Of a stretch of 60,745 nucleotides of DNA, positions 54,348 to 60,745 are shown one piece after another. Positions within the stretch are counted from its first letter, which is position 1. The number at the start of each line of letters is the position of its first letter. The position numbers and the translations under genes are program-made. The DNA is taken from NCBI GenBank assembly GCA_021807085.1, contig JAKAPM010000004.1, positions 1-60,745 of the forward strand, in the 5' to 3' direction. Source of the DNA: Nanobdellota archaeon. Lineage in GTDB: Archaea > Nanobdellota > Nanobdellia > Parvarchaeales > Parvarchaeaceae. Below the pieces are notes generated by a model. That model was given only the letters and a program-made list of their open reading frames with translations. It was not told the origin of the DNA and searched no databases.

Positions 54348-57300
54348 CTATTTTTTAGATTTATACAACCTCCGGGTCTGGAGAACTCTAATAAGCATGT
54401 AAACTATAACCGAAACTACAACGATGGCCGCAATGCCATACATAATATAAGATCTATTAGATGTTGGCGAAGGCAAAACACGCGAGCATTGTATATTTTT
54501 GTTGTAATTTATTTGCATCGAGGAACCAGCACTCACATTCTGAGGCGTACCTGCTGAAAAATTAACAGGAGAGTAAGTGGTGGTACAAACAGTAGTAAGA
54601 TTACTCGAAACATTGGACAAGTGATAGACGGTAAGAGGATACAAGCCCGGGGTCGTATTAAAGGTTATATAATTGGGTGCGTTTGCCGATTGTGTAAACC
54701 CACCATATGTGGCGTTCCATCTGTACGCAGACGGCAAGCCAGACTCCGATATTTTTGTAGTAACTGTGCCAGACGCTCCTATCGCATAATCCGAAAGAGA
54801 ATCAGAGAGAGCGGTATATGTCACGGTAGTCTTACCGACGGAATAAGACGTGGATAATCTTGTCCAGCGTGAATTCTGCACATTGCACTTGTATAACGCC
54901 ACATCGCCAGGAGGTAGATTATAGTTTGAAACCCTTCCCTCTCCATTCAGTCCTAGAACAAAATTGAATACGGCCCCATTTATCACATTGCTCTCGTTTA
55001 TTGACGGTTGCAGTTTTATCCCGCCCAGATAGTCCGGTACATTTGATAGATTACACGAGGTCACATTCGGATTGTCTTCTACATCTAAGAGAAATGTAAG
55101 ATTATTGGTTCCGGTCGCAAAAGAGATGTTTATGCTGCTGAAAACCGATGAAGCCAGATAAAGTTTTGGTATTAGATTTAGATAGGTTGTTTTGGCATTT
55201 ATCCTGGTCACGTCTATACTAGTCTGTGTAATGGGGGTAAATATTGGAATTACGCTCCCTATCGAATTTATTCTTCTCGAACGAGTTGTCGAGTAAGACG
55301 TATAATTCTGATTTCCACTGGTGTTGTAAACTGCGACATAGTTACCCGCTGAAGCATTCGAATAAGGATTGGATACCGAAATTCCATTGATGTAGAGCTC
55401 CGCCGTAAGCTGGTTATTGACGGTGGTTATCGAGCCGGTGAGCTTCTCTGCTGTGCCATTGTAAGTGAAGTTGGCTAATGACGCTGCGAGAGTCAGTGTC
55501 GGCGTAGCCTTATCTATCGTGACGGAGAGAGTAGGTGAGGTCGTGACAGTGTAGTTACTGTTCCCACCACTTGTCGATGTGAAACTGTAAGAACCAGCTG
55601 CCGCATACTTACCTGCCGGGACCAAGAAGGTGAAACCACTCGAAGAGAGTGTTGACGAGCCAGTCGATCCGGTGCTGACGCTGTTGTTATCAAGGGTGAA
55701 GCTGAGGCCAGACTGCCCAGACACTAGTTCACCGGTCAATGCTGTCAACGTATCAGTTATTGTCGGGACGCTGCCACTGTATGTAAAAGAGGAGGGCGGA
55801 TTAGATGTAAGTACCTGAATTATCGTCGCCTTGGAGATTGCGAAACTCTTCGAACTTGTGGCTGAAGTGTAGTTCTGGTTGCCACTCGTGTTCTCGACTA
55901 GGTTGTAGGTGTTTGCAGTGTACTCGCTGAATGTGTACGAATTAGTGTTTATGACGGAAACAGTATTGTTGTTATAATTAGCGATATAAGCGAACTTGCC
56001 GTTGGGAGTTATTGAGATACTGTACGGCTCGCTTCCAACATGGGTTGGGGAGCCTATTACCGTGTTCGAAGTGGTGTTGATGACGGAAACGGTATTACCG
56101 CCATTATTGGTGACGTAAGCGAACTTGCCGTTGGGAGTTATTGAGATACTGTACGGCTCGCTTCCAACATGGGTTGGGGAGCCTATTACCGTGTTCGAAG
56201 TGGTGTTGATGACGGAAACGTTGTTGGCGAAATAGTCAGCAATATAAGCGAACTTGCCGTTGGGAGTTATGGCGATACCTAGCGGGCCACCCGCTACAGA
56301 TATTGTAGTTATGACTGTGTTTGAAGTGGTGTTGATGACGGAAACGGTATTACCGCCATTATTGGTGACGTAAGCGAACTTGCCGTTGGGAGTTATGGCG
56401 ATACCTAGCGGACTGTCTCCTACAGAAATCGCGGAGCCTATGACTGTGTTTGAAGTGGTGTTGATGACGGAAACGGTGTTATTGTTACCATTAACAACAT
56501 AGGCGAACTTACCATTTGGAGTTATGGCGATACCGTATGGCATGCTTCTCACAGGGATTGGGGAGCCTATTACCGTGTTCGAAGTGGTGTTGATGACGGA
56601 AACGTTGTTGCCACCGTTATTAACAACATAAGCGAACTTGCCGTTGGGAGTTATGGCGATACCTATCGGGCCACTCCCTACGGAGATTGCGGAACTAATG
56701 ACTGTGTTTGAAGTGGTGTTGATGACGGAAACGGTATTACCGCCATTATTGGTGACGTAAGCGAACTTGCCGTTGGGAGTTATGGCGACACCCATCGGCT
56801 GGTTTCCAACACTGATTGGGGAGTCTATGACTGTGTTCGAGAAAAGCGTTGCCTTCACGCCGTTGACGTAAAGGCTTGCAGTGAGCTGGTTGTTTATGGT
56901 CGAGACTTCGAAGGTCGAGGCAAATGCACTGCCGTTGTATGTGCTGTTCGATGCTGGCGTGAGCGTTATGGTAGGTGTCGCGGGTGTCACCTTGAAGAAA
57001 CAATGTATAGTGCCGCTACAAGGCGTTGTAAGGTTGTACTTGACGGTAGTGCCGGCCAGCGTACTATTGGATATGTTCATGGTAAGATTATACCCACCTC
57101 CTGCCGCAATGAGTGCGGTTATGTTTATATGCGTCAGGGTGTCATTGCTTATGGTCGTCCTATTTATAAAAGAAGTCCCATCGAAAGACGTCTTATTAAA
57201 ATTATATATCGCCACATTGTAGCCGGTCTGATTCCCGATAACTTTCAGGGTTATCATATTGTACTGCCCGTAGGTGGAATTCGTGACGTTGAACGTTATG

Positions 57301-57392
57301 CCGGTTATCTTCAAAGCGTGCACCGCAGGCATAAAAAACAGGCTTATCAACAGGAGAAGACCAAAAAAAGATACTGCTAACTTGTTTTTCAT
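54348..57392 (-). CDS. Giant surface protein: Sec signal peptide, Ig-like region, seven YVTN beta-propeller blades, Ig-like repeats, one GLPxxxxW module and a C-terminal TM anchor
   Basis: 1014 aa. The signal peptide is MKNKLAVSFFGLLLLISLFFMPAVHA/L. There are seven copies of G(I/V)AITPNGKFAYVxNxGxNTVSVINTTSNTVI. The C-terminus is YIMYGIAAIVVVSVIVYMLIRVL followed by the basic tail QTRRLYKSKK. Confidence 0.85.
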   Translation of the reverse strand: MKNKLAVSFFGLLLLISLFFMPAVHALKITGITFNVTNSTYGQYNMITLKVIGNQTGYNVAIYNFNKTSFDGTSFINRTTISNDTLTHINITALIAAGGGYNLTMNISNSTLAGTTVKYNLTTPCSGTIHCFFKVTPATPTITLTPASNSTYNGSAFASTFEVSTINNQLTASLYVNGVKATLFSNTVIDSPISVGNQPMGVAITPNGKFAYVTNNGGNTVSVINTTSNTVISSAISVGSGPIGIAITPNGKFAYVVNNGGNNVSVINTTSNTVIGSPIPVRSMPYGIAITPNGKFAYVVNGNNNTVSVINTTSNTVIGSAISVGDSPLGIAITPNGKFAYVTNNGGNTVSVINTTSNTVITTISVAGGPLGIAITPNGKFAYIADYFANNVSVINTTSNTVIGSPTHVGSEPYSISITPNGKFAYVTNNGGNTVSVINTTSNTVIGSPTHVGSEPYSISITPNGKFAYIANYNNNTVSVINTNSYTFSEYTANTYNLVENTSGNQNYTSATSSKSFAISKATIIQVLTSNPPSSFTYSGSVPTITDTLTALTGELVSGQSGLSFTLDNNSVSTGSTGSSTLSSSGFTFLVPAGKYAAAGSYSFTSTSGGNSNYTVTTSPTLSVTIDKATPTLTLAASLANFTYNGTAEKLTGSITTVNNQLTAELYINGISVSNPYSNASAGNYVAVYNTSGNQNYTSYSTTRSRRINSIGSVIPIFTPITQTSIDVTRINAKTTYLNLIPKLYLASSVFSSINISFATGTNNLTFLLDVEDNPNVTSCNLSNVPDYLGGIKLQPSINESNVINGAVFNFVLGLNGEGRVSNYNLPPGDVALYKCNVQNSRWTRLSTSYSVGKTTVTYTALSDSLSDYAIGASGTVTTKISESGLPSAYRWNATYGGFTQSANAPNYITFNTTPGLYPLTVYHLSNVSSNLTTVCTTTYSPVNFSAGTPQNVSAGSSMQINYNKNIQCSRVLPSPTSNRSYIMYGIAAIVVVSVIVYMLIRVLQTRRLYKSKK
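55935..56835. repeat. Coding tandem repeat, period 129 bp (43 aa), 7 copies
   Basis: A 104-nt block is identical at 55988-56091 and 56117-56220. The other copies are highly similar. Confidence 0.9.
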
Positions 57393-57520
57393 ATTATAGC
57401 ATTACTCAAAAATAAGATATACTCCACATTTAAATGTCTTTAGCAGGAAATTGCACCGTAGCCCACGATGCACTCAATGCAGATAGCAGGATATAGAGGT
57501 TAGATTAGTCTCGTTTCTAA

Positions 57521-57652
57521 AGATGCCATTATCCCGGCGATATAATGTGGGATATAGGTATACTAATAGAAAGAAAGGACATCACGGATAATTTCAGAAA
57601 GTATTTCGAGGCGTTTTGGACAGTAAGGCCCAAAGTCGAAAAACGCCGATGA
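57521..57652 (+). pseudogene. Possible gene remnant: short open frame resembling the C-terminal end of a larger protein
   Basis: ...RCHYPGDIMWDIGILIERKDITDNFRKYFEAFWTVRPKVEKRR*. The frame has no credible N-terminal part. A resemblance to PLD-family C-termini is only an impression. Confidence 0.2.
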
Positions 57653-57715
57653 CGACCTTTATGTAGGTTTTAATCGAATGAGGACTTAGTATTATTAACT
57701 CTGCACATAAAGAGC

Positions 57716-57758
57716 ATAAAAAGAGGTTGATTTTTATTCGAACCAGTACGCTGACTAC
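57716..57758. repeat. Direct repeat, copy 1 (26-nt perfect core at 57733-57758)
   Basis: The core is tttattcgaaccagtacgctgactac. It is preceded by ataaaaagagg (57716-57726), which also precedes copy 2. Confidence 0.9.
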
Positions 57759-57886
57759 CATTAGAACTTGAATCCAAAAAGATAAAGGATGAGGCAGAAC
57801 GTGTTAAAGCTAAGAATTTAGGTAGAGAAACCGTAAAGACTTTTACTGAAACTTTAGAGCAAATTAAAAAATTAGACTCTCCAAAA

Positions 57887-58351
57887 GTGGACATCGTAAA
57901 TAAAAACCTATGCGATTCGCTGTCAAATTTGTTAAAAACTGGCGAAAATACTAAAATTTCTGTAGAAGCAAAATTTGATAGCATTAATGCACCTCCGGTC
58001 AATACCCTGTCAAAGGCGGTTATAGATTCTTCTGAACTTATAAAATTAAGGAGTTTCTCTAGCGAGCTTAATAAAATGCCAGAAGAGCCAGATTCAATAA
58101 TAGTTGGTATAATAAACATAGAAACAAAAGTAACAAAAGATAAAGTTCCACAAAAAGAGAGTATAATTTCGTTATTTGATGAGAACAGAGAAAAAAATAT
58201 CAAGTTTAGTCTATCCGACAAAAATTATGAACTGGCTTGCGATGCTTATAAAGATAATAAAAAAATAGAACTGACAGGTATTTTAGCTAAAAGGGATAAT
58301 GCTTGGTGGCTAGACAAACCACATAATTTAAAAATAAAAAGTAAAACTTAA
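57887..58351 (+). CDS. Hypothetical protein, probably 5'-truncated
   Basis: 154 aa from the GTG. The same frame is open and protein-like back to 57755, immediately after repeat copy 1. The K/E/N-rich composition fits the AT-rich island. Confidence 0.5.
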   Translation: MDIVNKNLCDSLSNLLKTGENTKISVEAKFDSINAPPVNTLSKAVIDSSELIKLRSFSSELNKMPEEPDSIIVGIINIETKVTKDKVPQKESIISLFDENREKNIKFSLSDKNYELACDAYKDNKKIELTGILAKRDNAWWLDKPHNLKIKSKT

Positions 58352-58476
58352 ATATGAGAACAAACACTAAATATCATTCTAAAGTTATGATCGGCAGGGG
58401 CATTCATATCCGTAAAAATATTATCGTCTGGGGGTTATAGAAAGATTTATATATGTTGGATATTCATAATTACTAA

Positions 58477-59004
58477 ATGGTAAATAAAATCAGCAAGGAA
58501 TTCGATTTGAGTTTTATACTCAATCAGATAGAGATACCGATGACAGCGTCGGAAAAGTCAAGCATCAGCGCGAACCTTAACAACGTTCTGGAAAGTGCGT
58601 ACAAGAGAATTGACGCGAGCAGAGGCCGTTCTGACTATTCATCAGACGAGGTCAGGGCGCACAAAGTGCCCTATGCGAGTCTTCTCAAAACGGATGCAAA
58701 CCTGGCTATGGGTGACGTGATGCAAGACTTATCTGACGAAGATGGTGATTTTGCACACGCGTTTGAACAGTCCTTCAACAAGTTTGCTTCTTACAGGCGT
58801 TTGAACTCATACTATCATCTGTATTCCGATTTGGCGTTCGGTGAATGCGACAAGATACTGGATGATGTGAAGGGAGGGATTGTATCCAAGTATAAACTGA
58901 CTCCGGATCAGTCAAAAAGCATCGTTCCCGCCATAAAGAAAGTGGCCCTCGGCTTCTTTAAAAGCGATATATACACAGATATGAAAGGGATGGGTCTGAT
59001 CTGA
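58477..59004 (+). CDS. Hypothetical protein
   Basis: 175 aa with an ATG start and helical-looking sequence. No motif recognised. Confidence 0.5.
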   Translation: MVNKISKEFDLSFILNQIEIPMTASEKSSISANLNNVLESAYKRIDASRGRSDYSSDEVRAHKVPYASLLKTDANLAMGDVMQDLSDEDGDFAHAFEQSFNKFASYRRLNSYYHLYSDLAFGECDKILDDVKGGIVSKYKLTPDQSKSIVPAIKKVALGFFKSDIYTDMKGMGLI

Positions 59005-59201
59005 TTGATTAGATGCACTGTCAGCAAATCTTTGAACGACGTAAGAGTGTTTCTGACCAGATTCGACCCGCTTGGCTCATAAGTATAATTTTGAAAAGAT
59101 AATTTTTTACCTATGCAGATAAACGTTAGCAGTGGCGCACCTGTGTTTAAGTTTTAATTGAACGAGAACTTAGGATTAGTTTATGCGCGCGAGCTATCTA
59201 T

Positions 59202-59286
59202 ATAAAAAGAGGCTAATATTCATGTGTATAATCGCAGCAACGACCCCATCAAAACATACATTTATTCGAACCAGTACGCTGACTAC
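59202..59286. repeat. Direct repeat, copy 2 (26-nt perfect core at 59261-59286)
   Basis: It has the same 26-nt core and the upstream ataaaaagagg (59202-59212), separated by an extra ~40 nt relative to copy 1. The core overlaps the stop codon of 59283..59600. Confidence 0.9.
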
Positions 59287-59600
59287 TTGCTATAATGAGA
59301 ATATTGCGAAGCGTAGTCTCCTATCACTGGAACTTTTATGTCCTTCCCCCCGTACGCCTTTACAGCTATGTACATGCCGTAAACCCATATAAGAAAGGCC
59401 AAAAATGAGCCAAGAAACGGAACAAAAAACAGGACTAGGTCTAAAATCACTGCCACCACCCCTAAAAATATGGCCTGCAATGAATGAAACTTTAAGCGAT
59501 TATCGTCTTTAGCGATAAAAAATACGATTATCCCGCTAAGCCAAGTAAAAAAGTATACAAATAGATATATCCCGCTCTTTTTAGGGTTCTCTTTTACCAT
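59283..59600 (-). CDS. Small 3-TM membrane protein, DUF4870-like
   Basis: 105 aa with ...FFIAKDDNRLKFHSLQAIFLG...VKAYGGKDIKVPVIGD.... The pattern matches my memory of that family. Confidence 0.5.
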   Translation of the reverse strand: MVKENPKKSGIYLFVYFFTWLSGIIVFFIAKDDNRLKFHSLQAIFLGVVAVILDLVLFFVPFLGSFLAFLIWVYGMYIAVKAYGGKDIKVPVIGDYASQYSHYSK

Positions 59601-59981
59601 GATAGTATTTAGAAATAATAGCTACATTTAAACTTTACGGTATGACAGAAGATTTAAAGTTATAGATCTTTAATTAGGCATATGCATTATGAAATCAGAA
59701 CGGCACACCCGGATAAAGGAGTTGAGATAGTCCAACAGGATATTATAGCGGGAAGCGTGCCGTCCTATCAAACCACTCAAAGAAGCGAATCTTGCAATCA
59801 CCCAACACTTAAAGGCAGATTAGGTATTCACCAGCGTATTGTAAAACAGTCGGTTTCGGCATACACAACCTAACCAACTGTTGCATCTTACGTAAATGCT
59901 GGCTGACTTATTAAAAAAGGTTCAAAAAAACTATTCCCGGGAAAAATAAAAGTAGAAATACTCAAACGGCGTGATTAAGGT

Positions 59982-60344
59982 ATGGCCAAACTTGAGATAG
60001 AAAATCTTCCTAAGATGAATGGAGGGGAATGGATCAAATATCTGGAGAAAGCCGGTGAAAGTTCCGGTCTGAAGGTCATAAGCGCCGATCGGAGTTATAT
60101 TCGGTCTAAAGAGGGAAGTTGGAAAATTGGCAAAAGAGTATATTTCTGCACAGCAAAAAGATTTTCTAGGTCGTATTACATGGTAAGATTATCAATAAAC
60201 TTATTGGAGGATGAATTCTACAAGTCTTTGCAATTTTACGGTTCGGGACTAAGCAAAAGGAAGTCAGATGACGCTTTTTACACCCTGCAGGATAACCTGG
60301 AAAAAATTCTAAAACCTAGTACATTAGATGGTTATAAAGAGTAA
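59982..60344 (+). CDS. Hypothetical protein
   Basis: 120 aa with an ATG start and basic composition. No motif recognised. Confidence 0.45.
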   Translation: MAKLEIENLPKMNGGEWIKYLEKAGESSGLKVISADRSYIRSKEGSWKIGKRVYFCTAKRFSRSYYMVRLSINLLEDEFYKSLQFYGSGLSKRKSDDAFYTLQDNLEKILKPSTLDGYKE

Positions 60345-60399
60345 TCACGTATAGAGCTTTTGAGAAATCTTATCTTTCAACCGTCTGACCGCAAGGAAG

Positions 60400-60745
60400 T
60401 CACATCTTGACGACCTTGTCGACTATAGAACTGACCAAGTCTATTATGGTCTTGTTTGTGTCGTCCTCAAGAGTCAGTATCGCCATTTCGCAGTCCATGA
60501 GGGACATCTTGTTTATTATGTACTGGGAGAATTTCTCGAGCACTTTGACGTCGTTGAACAACGCGAGCGTGCTGAGGGAATCCATGAACAACGCTTTTTT
60601 GCCCTCTATCTTGTTTATGCTTTCGGTTATGGCTATGCTTAGGCTGGTCAGGTTCTCCGGCGATTCGAGCATTACCACGTTGTTGATGCCCTCATCGGGG
60701 GGCTCCCCTACTCTCTTGGATATGCAGTCTATGAAGAACATATTG
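60400..60745 (-). CDS. C-terminal part of a RecA-superfamily (KaiC/RadA-like) ATPase; the 5' end lies beyond the right edge
   Basis: The frame is open to the window edge. ...ALFMDSLSTLALFNDVKVLEKFSQYIINKMSLMDCEMAILTLEDD... resembles the post-Walker-B region of KaiC-like archaeal ATPases. Confidence 0.35.
   Translation of the reverse strand, partial: NMFFIDCISKRVGEPPDEGINNVVMLESPENLTSLSIAITESINKIEGKKALFMDSLSTLALFNDVKVLEKFSQYIINKMSLMDCEMAILTLEDDTNKTIIDLVSSIVDKVVKM

Noticed and set aside
57733-57758. The 26-nt repeat core contains GGTTCGAA on the minus strand, suggesting a tRNA T-loop fragment (att site within a tRNA)
   Set aside because: The 3' half of a T-stem is absent (the sequence continues AUAAA). 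The upstream sequence does not fold into an anticodon arm in either copy.
57670-58221. 183-aa minus-strand ORF overlapping cassette gene 1
   Set aside because: It has S/F/L-rich low-complexity sequence typical of the antisense frame of an AT-rich K/E/N-rich gene. The plus-strand ORF is the more plausible one.
58393-58403. 11-nt match (cggcaggggca) to the 3' end of tRNA-Glu, a possible attR for the island
   Set aside because: It is too short to separate from chance with confidence. It lies inside the cassette rather than at a compositional boundary, and the flanking bases do not extend the match.

Overview
The window is a compact archaeal chromosome segment. Archaeal markers include TBP, Topo VI A/B, family-B DNA polymerase, FEN1, DnaG, aIF5A, Elp3, pelota, Rpp21 and ribosomal proteins L39e, L31e, S19e, L13 and S9. 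Many genes abut or overlap by a few nucleotides. An unlinked 23S rRNA gene lies on the minus strand at about 4504-7406, with no 16S or 5S gene nearby. Its sequence differs at several positions I remember as near-invariant. Three tRNAs are present: Ala-CGC, Arg-GCG and Glu-CUC. Compactness, the divergent rRNA and an IleRS with a degenerate HIGH motif suggest a fast-evolving, streamlined archaeon, DPANN/Micrarchaeota-like or Thermoplasmata-like; I cannot establish the taxon without a search. Three regions are clearly accessory. (1) 7.6-22.1 kb is a cell-surface locus. It holds two giant proteins (1167 and 914 aa) that begin with archaeal class III (type IV pilin-like) signal peptides and continue into long repeat arrays. 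It also holds an A24-type prepilin peptidase and a co-directional run of five to six further N-terminally anchored, sequon-rich proteins, one with a cytoplasmic C2H2 zinc finger. No pilus assembly ATPase or platform gene is visible anywhere in the window. This is my best candidate for an undescribed system, possibly an adhesion or host-contact apparatus. (2) 31.8-34.9 kb encodes a 1003-aa protein with an internally duplicated DUF2341-like/lectin-like unit. (3) 53.2-60.4 kb is an AT-rich island starting right after tRNA-Glu. It carries an orphan C39-like cysteine peptidase, a 1014-aa seven-bladed YVTN propeller surface protein, gene fragments and a 1.5-kb cassette bounded by direct repeats. All functional calls rest on motifs read by eye from the translations. 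No database search, HMM, covariance model or GC computation was run.
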